From the NCBI GenBank assembly GCA_030704615.1, contig CM060731.1, forward strand, positions 86,490,001 through 86,554,000: DNA of 64,000 nt, in the 5' to 3' direction. The first letter of the stretch is position 1. Each line of letters opens with the position of its first letter. The stretch is from Takakia lepidozioides. Its lineage: Eukaryota > Plantae > Bryophyta. Under the pieces are notes generated by a model. The model ran no database searches. It saw nothing but the letters and a program-made list of their open reading frames with translations, and had not been told where the DNA came from. This document shows, in pieces, positions 13,001 to 25,500 of this stretch. The position numbers were made by a program, and so were the translations under genes.

Positions 13001-14425
13001 AATAGGTCTGCTCGCACGTTAACATTCGGGGCAGGAGGCAATGAGGGTAGGGTGCTGTGTTGCTGTACAAAGCAGTAGCATTGCGAGAGGGGGTTGTAAA
13101 CACTGAGGTCAAATGCTTAAAGTGCGATTGGTTTCAATTAGTCCTCCGCAGATTGGCCACAAAAGGGTCGTCCAATAGTTGGCCGGAGCCGAGGGGGGAA
13201 ATTGACGCGTTTCTTGAAAGGCACGTACCAACCGACCCTTCACACCGTTTGACAAGGGGGACGAAAGCAGGGGCGGATTTGGTTATAATTGACCTCCCCG
13301 ATGGGCAAGTTGTGAAAGGTAGTGGCCGAGACAATGTTGTTGCAAGTTGGAACAACAAGAGCAAGGATACAGTTCCTCATGCATTGGCACTGACATCCTC
13401 CATATTGAAAGACAAAGGGTGCTTGGTGATGTTCTGCAAGGGGGATGCAAAGATAGAAATTGAAATCCGGAGATGCGTTGGGCCGGCCGGGCCATTCAAT
13501 TTTTTTAAGAAAAAATGGACTTGCCTCAATCGAATTCCATTGCAAACTAGAGATGTTGGCGAACCACAGGTGGGTTTACCATCTTCAATTAAAACACATG
13601 CCATGAAGTTTTTGCTTTAAATGTTCGCAAAAGATTAAATTGATAAGTGTAAGCCCACGGTATGTCTTTCATAGAACACCACCTTCCAACAGTTGCCGAG
13701 TAATAGTCGGTAACGACTATTACCAACAGTGACGGGGCAATTCATTTTGTCGGTGCAGGAACATAGTCGGTGGCGACTATGTTGCACGCTTCGGGTGGTC
13801 GGTGAGTGGTCCTCGTGGAGGAGTTGCAAGTGACAAGGGTTCTACTACAACGTGCTTACATTAGTGCTATTATCATAGTCGGTAACAACTTTCATAATTG
13901 AGTGTTTTATGTTTGCGCGTTACCTCCATAGATCAGGCATAATGTGCACCGACTACGAGAGGTCAACTTGCAGATTGTACGGAATATTTGCATTGTATTT
14001 GACATTGAATAATGCAGACTGTCATATTCTACGCCTTCTGCCTTCTCAAGACCTTGGAGGGGAATTTCAACTTTCGGGATATTGGTGGCAAGCTCGATAC
14101 CGACCACGATGTGATCAGTGAAGACCTCGTTCAGAACATGGTGAGAGCGGATAGGCTTCACAAACACCAAGATGGGTCGTTCCTACGAGGGGCGCGGGAG
14201 AAAAGCCCTCGATTTGTGCAAACGTTCATGGAGTTATGTGCACCGGAAGGAGGGGTAGTGGTCGATTTCACACCGGGATGCGGGGCCTCCATGGTCGCTG
14301 CCACTGTTTGCGGAAGGCATTTACTTGCGATGGAGGGGGACGAGGAGCTCCTTCGAGAAAGGCTTTGTGGATTGCAATGCGCGCCAACCAACGTTGCAAA
14401 TGGCAACAGGCAGTCATGGCGATAA
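10026..14425 (+). pseudogene. Multi-exon ParB/Srx-like + unknown middle domain + beta-class amino-DNA-methyltransferase-fold gene (G1); near-intact, one TAG at 12617 and an uncertain frame near 13046-13200
   Basis: Inferred exons 10026-10927, 11445-12048, 12128-12360, 12469-~13046, ~13152-13569 and 14018-14425, with GT-AG sites in matching phase except the 13046/13152 junction. Motifs IYDGNHRWYAW (ParB), ADLVIIDLPDG (motif IV-like), LKDKGCLV and EKSP..GVVVDFTPGCGASMVAA..GRHLLAMEGD (motifs X/I/II). Confidence 0.8.
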
Positions 14426-15350
14426 CGAATGGATGAACGATGACCGCGAGGGCTCGCAAATTCAAATCCAATCCTTGGAGTGAGCAAGACCACTTTCTAG
14501 GTACATGCATTAAATAAGTGAAAGTGACTACGCAGAGTTGTCTTCGTTTTCGTCATATTGGCTCGTGGGGTGTATCAACTAATTGCTTTCGTCGTCTTTG
14601 CAGCGATGAACCGGAGACGCATGGTGCGAAGCGACAGTGTGGGGGCATCACCGGGATTCCATGAAGCTCAATACATACAGGGAGTGGGGAAGGTGCGTTG
14701 GAGAACACCCTTATGCTTGAGGAGCGACTTGCACAGATACACACTCCAGAAAAAAAACTACGTTCTTCCTCCCTATGCGGCGGTAGTAGCCAATGCTCAA
14801 GCAGAGGAGCAATGGACACGAGTGTCTCAAATGGCAGAATGGCCAGCGCAAAGAAGGGCGGCTTTGCAACGTGGTCGGGTACAGCCCTATGTGGATGGGG
14901 AGGCGGAGGAGGGCCATCCCTTCTTTGTATTCCGTGATGTTTACTAGCTGAGGGGAGGCAGACCTGCTCCCCACGTCTTCTTCCACCGCAGGAATTCCAA
15001 CTGCTTGAAAATTGACATCAGGCGAATGTCCACTGTCACTCCCATGTTCCTCTGCACCTCTCCCCTCATCATTGTCATACCGCTCAACCACTCCACCTTC
15101 TTCTGATTCCCGCGGTGGAGGATTGCCCTCACCTCTGTGAAGATGGCCTCTCACCATTGTGGAGGTAACGTCAGCGAATGTCGTTCCACAAAGTGGAATG
15201 TCACCTATTAAACAGAAACGTAGCCCTAACAAGACAAGGCCTTCACTTTGGCTCCTTTGTATTCTGTTTTAATCTACATGCACGAGCGGGAAAAAGATTG
15301 CCGAAAATGTTTCCCACTCCCTCCAATGGCTATAGTCGTTGTTGACTACT
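11031..15350. repeat. Dispersed ~18-20-bp hairpin motif ATAGTCG-N4-CGACTAT in G1 introns and downstream
   Basis: Copies at ~11031, 11231, 11309, 11401, 13703, 13762, 13875 and 15331. Confidence 0.8.
14605..14947 (+). CDS. Small conserved ORF or exon downstream of the MTase gene (Y-x-LP-x-YAA motif)
   Basis: NYVLPPYAA matches DYILPTYAA (~27900) and DYSLPSYAA (~21330, minus strand); each lies just 3' of an MTase copy after a GA|GTGAG donor-like site. Confidence 0.5.
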
Positions 15351-15789
15351 CCTTAAGCGGCCATTGGATACTATTCCATGGAAAATAAATAACAAAGTAA
15401 CGAATGTTGAATGCGTCGATTTTAACCATGTTGAAAAAATCCTATTTATTATACAAATTCCTATTACCGCGGACCTATTACCGCGTATTTTTTATCGCGC
15501 GTGTATACCCGTCACCCGAGCACATCAGTTCAAGCTGGAGATTTTTGGAGAAGCAGAGAGCCTACGCGACTATGTGGCGAGGTACTTTCTGCTCTACAAA
15601 ACCGACCTGTTCTTTCGAGAGATGCCGCATGCCCGCCGGAGCCACGAGTTCACCGACCAGCCGAACGCGGACAAAGCGGCAATGCGCCTTCTGTACAGGT
15701 AAATATACGGTGCTCCTCTTTGATCTGTGGCCATTGTAGTCCATGGAGTTCGTGGATGTAAAACGGCTTGTGTGGACAATTGGTTGTGA

Positions 15790-16480
15790 AGAAATGGCGA
15801 AGTCCCTGGGGTGACTGCCCCCGAGACAGGGAAAATGGCACCGAATTTCCAGTATGGGTGGCAGTCACCCCCGGGACTTAGCCATTTTTGGGGCCCGGAA
15901 CTGGAAATTCGGCGCCATTTTTCCAGGCTGGGTCCGAAAGTGGCTAAGTCCCAGAAAGGGCTGGGCCCCAACCTGGAAAAATGGCGCCGAATTTCCAGTA
16001 TCGGTGCCAGCCACCCCCGGGACTTAGCCATTTTCGGGCCCGGAACTGGAAATTCGGTGCCATTTTTCCAGGCTGGGTCCGAAAGTGGCTAAGTCCCAGT
16101 AAGGGCTGGGCCCCAACCTCAAAAAATGGTGCCGAATTTCCAGTATGGGTGATAGCCACCCCCGGGACTTAGCCATTTTTGGGGGCCGGAACTGGAAATT
16201 TGGTGCCATTTTTCTAGGCTGGGTCCGAAAGTGGCTAAGTCCCAGAAAGCGCTGGGCCCCAACCTGGAAAAATGGCGCCGAATTTCCAGTTTCGGTGCCA
16301 GCCACCCCAAGGACTTGGCCATTTCTGGGGCCCGAAAGTAGAACTTCGGCGCCATTTTTCCAGGTTCGGCTCCCTCGCCCTCGGGAAAAATGGCGCCGAA
16401 TTACCACTTTCATTGCACGGCACCCCTGGGAGCCGGGGCCATCGGACCCACCCCGCATAGAAATTCGGCGCCATTTTTGC
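15790..16480. repeat. ~145-bp tandem array with two A-type palindromes per unit, inside G2 intron 15699-16545
   Basis: Units at ~15831, 15975, 16120 and 16266. Confidence 0.9.
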
Positions 16481-17366
16481 AGTTTCTTGACGAAACATTA
16501 ACCTCATTCCCGGGACCTGATTCTCTGTGGGTTTCTTGAATGCAGGTATTGCAAGTTCTCCCTTTTGGAGAAAGGTCATCTGTCCTTCGAGCCGCCATTC
16601 TTCCTCGCATGGAGGAACCCTGGGGCTGACTCCATGTACACTGACGTTATCATGAAGGAGTGGCATCTGGAGCATTTGCGCGACTGCCCTTGGTATGTGG
16701 ACCTTCCGCCTGGCTCGCTCGACGCCTCCGAGTTTCAATTGAAGCTGGATACTGAGGCCCGACGAAACGGGCTCCGCTGCCTCCGCTGGGTCCAAAGGAG
16801 GCGAAAGCGCTTGCCAAGTCTAGGAAAGCGGCAGAGCTTGCTCAAGCAAGTATTCAGGAGAAGTTGAATAAGAAGAATAAAGGACAGAAGAAAATGACAC
16901 GGAAACAGGGGACTGCAGTAACCCCCAAAAAATAGAAAACCACCGGGGCACGAGAGGAGGCGCAGGAGGGGCCCGAAGGGAGTGACTCCGACGACGACTT
17001 TGTGCAAGGTCCTGTGACTGTTTCTGCTGCTACCAAGTCACCGGTTGTCCGGGTTCCCAAGTCAGTTTGGACTGGGACTGGCTCTGCCAAGAAGTTGGCA
17101 TTTGAGGGCAAGCCTACATGGCAGTATTCGGCGGTGACGTTTCCCCAGAGGCCAAAGCTAGAACCCCCAACAATCATCCAATGCGTCAATGAGAGCTTCC
17201 TTGACGCTCTGGCTGCCAGGGCGAAGAAGGTGGCACACAACAAGTCTCTGGAGGAGCTGAAGGGGAAAGCCAAGAAGAGGGCTGCCGGTACAGAGCCTAA
17301 AGACACCCCTGGTTTAAAAGCCATGATGGAATTCTTCTGTGAGCCGGGATTGTAAGTAAGCGCATC

Positions 17367-17367
17367 T

Positions 17368-17399
<32 letters not shown>
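17367..17399. repeat. Poly-G tract (~33 nt)
   Basis: Seen directly. Confidence 0.95.
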
Positions 17400-17401
<2 letters not shown>

Positions 17402-18137
17402 GAGGTGGAGAGAGCCTGCGATATGATTCTCCTCGCTTATCCAGATGGGGAGTTGCTCGAGGGCCTGGATGGTGTGCCCACCTGGAACAAGTTTACTGAG
17501 GACTACTGGAGAGCCGGGTTTGGGCTGGCGGATTGCTACTAGATGACGGTGGATTGTATGTGGTCTGCACAAGAGGGAAGACCACAGAGAATGTTGGGGC
17601 AAGGTGTACACCAAAAAGTGCCCCCCCGGTCCTCCTCAAAAAATGGTTTTGCATCAATACGCAGGGGTTGCAACGGGGGGCTGCTATTTTGAGCCATGAG
17701 CATGAGCGGCTAGCCATGAGCAGAGTCGTAATGTGGAGATAAAAACATGAGCAGCACTTATTTTCCGGAAAAAATGAGTGTCCGCGGGCATAGGGTTTAG
17801 GGTGCCACGGTCATAGGGGAGAAGGACCTCCCGATGAAGGAGGTTCGGCAATGTTATTTAGAATTATATATTGAAAGGCAATGTTTCGCGAATGGTAGGG
17901 TGGTACTGCTCTGTACAATGGGGGCCCATTTCAGCCTACCAGCCACTTGCAAAATCCACCCACACTCCCAATCCCAAACGAAATGAGCAATGACGCATTC
18001 TCGGAACGATGGACACAGAATAGAATAAAAAGAGGGCACAATGAGGTTTTTATTGATCCACATGAATTGCATTTGAAGCACGTCTACTGTGCTGATTGTG
18101 CAATCAAATCTTTAGCCCTGTGCCTACTGAATACAAG

Positions 18138-18695
18138 TCACGTTGTCAATGGGACTTCGACTGCTCTCAGAACTAGCTCATGAGTCATGGGGCTCCTCCA
18201 GGTAAAGTCGATCGCAGCCGTTGTACCGCCCCTAGTGATGTTCACCACAATGTCCTGCCCTTCAATCATACCACCATCGAATATGGAAATCTTCACGTTT
18301 CGTCGTCCACACCAATGCGAATGTCCCCATACAATGGAGAAGAGGAGCGCACTCCTTCAGGAGAATAGGTCTCTCCGATGGAGTCCACCCACGTCCAGTG
18401 GCAGCAGTTCCACCGCAACAGCATAGCAGTGCGCCTTCTTCTGCATGGGTGACCGTCGTAGCTGGGAAAATCGGAATCGAGGATGCGCAGGAGCCACGGA
18501 CCTCAGACCAAGATCGTCACCCTGCTCGAAGGTAGTGGCCTAGGATATACTCAAAAGCCACCAATGTTTCCACAATCGAACCAGTATCTTCTCTGTAATC
18601 TGTGTACCAGATAACAATGTCTCCCGATGTGGCCGAATACATTGCATAATCGATGCCTCCAAATGGGCAGTCGTCCGGTTCCGGAAGCACGGCAT
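18138..18695 (-). pseudogene. Frameshifted paralog of the orphan accessory gene (missed by the ORF track)
   Basis: Manual translation gives PDDCPFGGIDYAMYSATSGDIVIW, RTAMLLRWNCCHW, LYGDIRI, KISIFDGGMIEGQDIVV and HELVLRAVEVP. Confidence 0.8.
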
Positions 18696-19244
18696 CCTTG
18701 CAAAGGAGGACCTGAGGACGACTTGGATGCCGATGACCTTGCGGACAGCTACGAAGCCCTTAGATTTTGAAAATGATGCGAAGCGGAAGAGAGTCCGGCC
18801 TCCAATAATGGAGCATCTGGGTCCCACGTACCCACCGACGGAGGTGGAACGTGTTCATCACGCCAGCGGTGGATGAACCCATACATCTTTCTCATCAACA
18901 AGTTATAGTTTGAGATCTGCCACCGAAGTCCATCCCCCCGGATGGAAATTCGGCGCCGCATTTACATCGAAGAGGGGATGGACTTCGTCGTGTCCAGTGG
19001 CTATCGGCCCACCTGGCAGTGACTGCCCATAGTTTGCATGGCAGGGTAGGAAACTGAAACGGCTACATTCATGCAGCAGCCAATCTTCATCGGTCCAGGA
19101 TCCTGTAGGGGGGAAATTTAAATGTGCCCTGGAGTGTTTGTGAGGAATTGCAGCGTTAGCTTGAACTTTTTCCAGCCACCGCGCTGCTCCTCCTCCATCC
19201 GGGAGCTGCTGTCATTGAGCGTACTCCGCTACTCTTTTTCAAGG

Positions 19245-19790
19245 ATGTCGTGCCGCCAAAATCCAGCCGACTGCCCTTATCATGGCCACTATTATGCTAT
19301 GTTCAAACCAGAATCAGGAGACATCATTGTCTGGCTCTCTGTTTTCACAGACGCTGCTGGAATCATGCAAGAGTCTTTGCGCGCAATGGAGTATCTGGAG
19401 GGCTATTACCGCTTTGAGCGAGGTGAGGGCGAGGGTCAATGCGGTCCGTGGGTCCTGAAAATTGTTGACCTCGATATACCAAGCTGGAAAGGGATGCCGG
19501 ACAGATCACGCACGGCCTCGCTTTGGCGCTGGAACTGCTGCCAGTGGACCAGGGAGGACGGCACGGGAAAACTATATCGTGCAGATCACTCCGCTCTTCC
19601 AGTGTATGGAGACATTCGGCTGAGTTGCGAAGACGAATCGCACGGGCACATGAGGCCCACAGTGACCTTGTCAATATATGATGGTGGTATCATTGATGGA
19701 CATGACATTGTCGTCGGCTCCAGCAAGGGCAGCAGAACGACCGAATTGCAGTTTACCTCGAGGTGCGCAGCAGTGATGAGCTTGTTTTGA
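19245..19790 (+). CDS. Intact 181-aa orphan accessory protein of the MULE group
   Basis: Open frame from ATG 19245; homologous over its full length to three other copies in the window. Confidence 0.75.
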   Translation: MSCRQNPADCPYHGHYYAMFKPESGDIIVWLSVFTDAAGIMQESLRAMEYLEGYYRFERGEGEGQCGPWVLKIVDLDIPSWKGMPDRSRTASLWRWNCCQWTREDGTGKLYRADHSALPVYGDIRLSCEDESHGHMRPTVTLSIYDGGIIDGHDIVVGSSKGSRTTELQFTSRCAAVMSLF

Positions 19791-20074
19791 GGGGTATCGA
19801 AGTTCCGTCGACTTGGTGAAGCCCATGTAGAAGGAGGAAGGGCTTAGTTTTGTCTGCAGTTGGTAAATGTGAGACATCGTGTCCGATCAATAAACCATTC
19901 GTACCTCACTTCTGTATGATTGTGTTTCATTCTGTTGAATAACTGTCGGAATTGGCCCACTGTTTACAATTTGATGTCTCATTTCTACAATTTGTCTGTC
20001 CGGATGATAAATCCAGAGTAAACCGGTATGAGAGTCATGTGTCAAGAATATACCAGAGTAACGCCATGTCGGCA

Positions 20075-20835
20075 TGGAAATGCGGCCCGCATTTCCACGT
20101 CGGACAAGGAAATGCGCCGCATTTCCATGCCGACATGGAAATGTATGAACGCATTTCAGTGTCGGACAATGGAATGCGGTGCATCATTTCCGTCCAGGTA
20201 CACGAAATACCAACACGGGTCTATAAATTGGACAGACAACGAGGTTGGCATTGCAAATGCGCGACGCATTTCCAGCTTGGCAATGGAAACTTTTTTGGAC
20301 AAGGGAATGCGGTGCCGCATTTCCGTCCAACACTTCGAAAAGTGCACATTTCCGACCAGCTCGATGGAATGCGTTACCGCATTTCCGTGAGAGGGTCTGC
20401 AAATGGACAAATTGCGATGTCCGTTCTGGAAATGCGGCGCCGCATTTCCATGTCCGTCATCGACTTTTTTTTGACAATGGAATGCGGTGCCAATTTTTGC
20501 TGATGGGCCTGCAGTTCGAACAACGACCATCCCAATATGGAAATGCGGCACCGCATTTCCAATTCCGCCATCTCGACCTCCTTGTTCGACCTCCTTGTTC
20601 GACCTCTGTAAGCGTGGTGGTGGCATCCATGCAATGAGCGGGAGAAGCCAAAACTGGCGTGTGGACAAAGGAAATTTTGGAAATGGCACCGCATTTCCAA
20701 TCGGCCGATTACTTTTTACTATGCCAACATTGAAATGGAAAATTTAGTCCCTCCCCTGTTTTGGAAATGCGGTGCCGCATTTCCAAAAGAGGTTTTTAGA
20801 GTTGCAAAATTGTGGAAATGCGGTGCCCCATTTCT
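20075..20835. repeat. Array of the B-type palindrome GGAAATGCGGCGCCGCATTTCC (roughly 15 degenerate copies)
   Basis: Perfect copies at ~20428 and ~26408; many CpG-decayed variants. Confidence 0.9.
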
Positions 20836-21166
20836 GATTTTGGGAGCGTCGTGGTTTGGGCGATTGTGTGGCTGGAATGCACACTGGAGAGGGGTCACGA
20901 ATGTCGGGGAGATTTTCCTTTATATACTCTGGAAGAGAATTTACATTTACAGAGACTTCATTAAAATTCTATTAATCTTGAAAATCATCCGAATCCTCAT
21001 CCTGTTCTAGACTGTCCTGCTCCGCCTCCACCCCCTCAGTGCCTTTCTCATCTCCAGCGGACTGCTCGTTGGCCAGGCTTTCGAAAATCCCATCTTCCCC
21101 TTGCGGAACTGTCCATCTCACCTCCGTTGGGTCGTCTTCCTCCCTGTCTGCGTCGCTCTCATCCGC

Positions 21167-22400
21167 TCAATCACATATGTACTCTCGTACCCGTCTACCT
21201 GTCTGAGCTGCTGCCAACTCTTTCCTTATCCTTCTGTCCTCCCTAGCCCTCTCCAAAATCTGCTCTACTTTACTGGGATTCTCACTTCTTTTAATCGCTG
21301 TATTTGCGAGTTTAGCTGCATAACTAGGAAGGGAGTAGTCCCTCACCGGGCTCGTCATGAAGTCGGCCCTCGCAAAGAACGGGACATTCTTCCTGGCAGG
21401 AAGTGTAGGCCCTACATGTTCGACCCGGACCCTACAATCCTGCACATGACAATCATCAACGAGACTAATGAGAACCACGGTCGGGAAATTCGTTTGACAA
21501 AAATGACCCAGAAGGCTTTGCAAACTTACAATGTTTGCACTCACTCGTATTCCGGGTTCTCCTCCGCATCAATGTCCACTGTGTCTTCCTCGGACTCCGA
21601 CGAATCCGAGGAGACTTCCGCTCTGTTGGGAGCCTTAACATTCCGTTGCAGCCCTTCCAGATGGGATCCCCACACGGATGAATCCTCCACGTAGGCAAAG
21701 AGGTGCCGGTCGGAAAACCGCCAGCCCACATTGAGGCACCTGTTACAATGCCATCCACACATTACCACATGGCGCTTCAGATGTTGCAAACTACATCCTA
21801 ACGAGAATTTGCAGAACAACATAGATCAAGATTCTGCATACCTGTCCCACAGATGAGGTCGAGCACTGTGCCCTCCATGTCTGTGCATGTCTCCATAATT
21901 GTCTGAATGAAGGCAGGGCTCCGAGTCCGTGAGTACGCAGGGGGGTTCCGTTGAAGTGAGCTATGAGGGAGAAGTTCCTTGGGAACGTTGTTGAACAGAA
22001 CGTCGTGATCGAGGGGGTCACAGTTCGGGTCAACCTTTCCCTCCTTCCGGAAAGCAAGGTGGAGTTCTCCTTCACAAAGCAGTATGCATCGAACTGCTTC
22101 GTCTGCATACACAGGGGGGAACGATTAGAAACCAAATGCGGCACCGCATTTGAAAACACCCAAGCAAATGAATGGACGAGTGCCAGTGTCGTAATCACCT
22201 TCTTCCCTTCCGACCGAAGGCCCAGTGTGTTGATGCACGTCCACTTCTTTTCAGAATCGGGACGGCGCTCTTGCGGGTCCACTTCGCAATTCCTGTCTGA
22301 GTGTTTTTTCCTCTGCTCGCCAGGACAACCACACAGCCTCTGTCGTCCAACACCATGCGGGCAAGCCCGAATCCTTTCTTCCAAAAGTCCTCCGAGTACC
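21167..22400 (-). pseudogene. Third copy (G3): 5'-truncated MTase-fold exons plus downstream ORF, inside element B
   Basis: GFGLARMVLDDRGCVVVL, KKWTCINTLGL, RSPAFIQTIMETC..GTVLDLICGT|G, SDRHLFAYVED and DYSLPSYAA. Confidence 0.8.
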
Positions 22401-22556
22401 TGGAATCAAACCTCCCACCTTCATGCATGTAGCTTGAAACAATACTTTCCACTTCAATGTGCGACTTCCAATCGTCGATGGACTCCGCATGGTGCCTGTG
22501 AGCCTTGGTCTGTCGCTATACTGAACCTCGCACTTGCCAACTTCGTGCGGTGTTCG

Positions 22557-25500
22557 ATGGCTCCGAATTCCTACGCTATAGTTTGCTGTCCTCCGCAACT
22601 TGGGAGAGCCTGGATCCCAAACGAGGGAGGACTTTGCAGAGTGACTGAAACTTACCTTTGTTCCAAATTCAAGCTCAAACCGGGCACAGTTTATTTGGAA
22701 GAAGAAAGGAAGGATGTTCCTGGACAGGTTGACGAGACCATTGTCGTGCTAGGTAACGACGGAGGTTGCGGAATCGAATGGCACGTACCCCCATCAGACA
22801 CCATCCTGTACCGAGCTGTGGGAATGCCCATTCCCTTTCCAAATCAGTCGCTGCCCACACCATCCACAAAGGAGTCCGGAAACCGACAGGCGGCCACTGC
22901 CAACAGAGAGGTATGCAACGATAATCATTCCCGACCTGGACCGTCAAGACCCTCCATAGCTTCTCGTGTGGACGTATTCGACATTTCCGACGAGGAAGAT
23001 GATTGCATTGAGGTACCCATGTCCTCCACACGGTCGTTCAAATCCGGCATGGACGTCTCTGTAGGTGCTACGCATGTGCCCTCGAGCATAACTCCAACCC
23101 GGTCCATTGTGCAGCTCCTACGACAACATCACCTCGATGGTTCTCGCTCCGAGCTGGCTGCTCTCGACTATGCCAAATTCCCAGTCAGAAAGGTAACGTT
23201 TCTGCCTCCCGAAGTCGATGGCAATGTCATCTTCGAGTTTCCACCTGTTTCTTCGTCAAACAAAGCCTCCGGGATGTTAACAGACATGGATCGAAAGCAT
23301 GACGGACACCCCTGGTGTGTGTGAAGACCAGTAGCACGAAAATTGCTGATGGTGTTCGTGTACGATATGTCCTCTGTGCGGGGAAGCTGAGGTGCCTCAA
23401 TCCCACCTGCTTCCACTTTCTCTCCAAAGGAGGGCGGAGAAACGAGACGGATTGGACTGGCACAACGCATCATCCATTCATTGTCTCCAGCCAAGCTCCT
23501 GCGGGTTCTTTCAAGTGTGCACATTGCAAAGAACCACCGACGTGCATGTCCATGTGCAGAGCCAAGCAATATTACGTAATCCATTTGCTCCCGGACTTGA
23601 CTAGAGCTTGCATACACGTTGGGGTCCACTGCCACCCCTTGGCGAGAGGCAACATGCGTGAGGCTGTGCAGGAAGCACACGACATCATAAAAGAGGAGGT
23701 GAAATTGAGCCCCGGAGCCAGACCAAAGCAGATTCAGCTGAAGGCAGCCCACAAGATTGCTCTTGGCAAAATCATGTCTGAAGATGGTTCCGACCGAGAG
23801 CCCTTGACCGAAGACGAGATGCGTGACCTCTTGGAGTCCGTCTGCACGTTTGTAGTCCGAATGTGCGGAATCACATCGTATCTTGCAAGCAGGAGTTCGG
23901 CAGGGGGTCGGACATGTACTCAATCCTGGAGGTGAAACGAATGACTGGATATGACTACATCCAAGGTAGCAGGTTTCCAGGGCAAGGCAGCGAATTCCGA
24001 TCGTTGTTACATTTTCAAAATGTCGACGTGTGGGCCTGGGAGTGGAGTCGACTTGGTCACTCGCATGACAACTGGAAACTTGTCGAATGCTTGGGTGATG
24101 TTTGATCACATCAAGCGAATTACAAACCATCAGTGGGTGACTATGGGTGCGCATGTTTATGACTATCACTCCAAGAGGCTCATGACGATTGCAATCTGCG
24201 AGATGAAAGGGGAGGACACACAGTCCGAGATGCATCTGTGGGAGGGCATAAACGAGCAGATGGCAAGGGCGGGATTGCCAGAGCCCAATTTCAGGGGATT
24301 CATGGCAGACAACGCTCAGGCCAACTGGGCAGCGGTGCGGCGTGTGTACGGTGAGGACCCCAATGTTCCAATGGAGGGGAAAGAGAGATCCTGTGGATTC
24401 CATTGGATGCAGAGTCTATCCCACTACACTACCAAATTTGTTGCTAGCTCATTCCAGGCTGAAACACCGTGTCCTTTGTACGGCGTGGAAGGATGCACCC
24501 ACATTTGATGACGCGGAGGTTAAGTTTGCTATCATCGAGGCTTGGTGGAACACGTCAGGGCAGTGGAGACAACCAATCTGGGAGCATTGCACAGCTGGTT
24601 GGGTGGTGGCATTTTCGGTATCGACAGTTCGGACAGTACATGCGGGAGGTAGGCTGCTGTCATTTTCGTTCATTTGTCTTTCTGTTACGGACATTTCGAT
24701 TGGTCCCTCACCATTGTTTGTGTCCTTCTAGGAGCGGTGCTTGGATTCCGACACGGACATGCCGAACACGAATATGGCAGAATCGGTCCACTCCTCCTGG
24801 CGAGCGTCTTCTGCCGCACATCTGGTGGACGTAGTGACGGCCACAACGGAGGACATCGACAGAGCAATCATGCAGCAAGCCACGTACTACAAGTTCCTGA
24901 GCGGCAAACAATGGGGCTTTGGGCCGGACAGGGAGGAATTGTTGGTACGAACAGCTTCGAGGTCCAAGAATCCAGTGAAATGGGCGACAGCATTGCGAGA
25001 GAAGATCAAAGGGACGCCTCTGCACCAGAGGTGAACACCTAGAGGGGGACGTCCGGACTCGCCCTGTCAGGCGGAGGATTGAAGAGGAACCCGGGTGCGA
25101 AGAGGATTCCTGGAGATCCGACAGGAACATTCGGACAGCACCTCGAGGTCCCGTCATGTTGCCGCACAATGTGTCTTCCAGCAGTGGAAGCCAAGAAATT
25201 CCAGATCGCCGTCGCCTTCAACCGGGGATTTCGTGCGAGAAATTCCCACCGCTCCCTTGCCCCAGATTCCGCCCGCTGTTATGCAGTATGGCCAAGCCAT
25301 TGTGGAGACGACTGTGTCTCATCACAGTGGAGAATTGCTCGCACAAAGCCGTCGTTTCGAGGAAGGTTCCGCAATTCGTGTGGATACACGGCAACGTTGT
25401 TTAGAGATGATAAGGAGGAATCCAGATGGGGCTGTCCCTGCTCCTACTTTTACAGGAAGATTTGTCCATGCAAAGTTTGCGGAGGCGACAACCACCCAGT

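Noticed and set aside
10026-14425. Bacterial or phage contamination, or a restriction-modification operon, as the source of the ParB-MTase
   Set aside because: The gene has phase-consistent spliceosomal introns shared among copies and sits among plant transposons; no endonuclease partner is seen.
17790-17802. Telomere-like TAGGGTTTAGGG (also ~50600)
   Set aside because: Fewer than two units, inside a transposon subterminus; not an interstitial telomere array.
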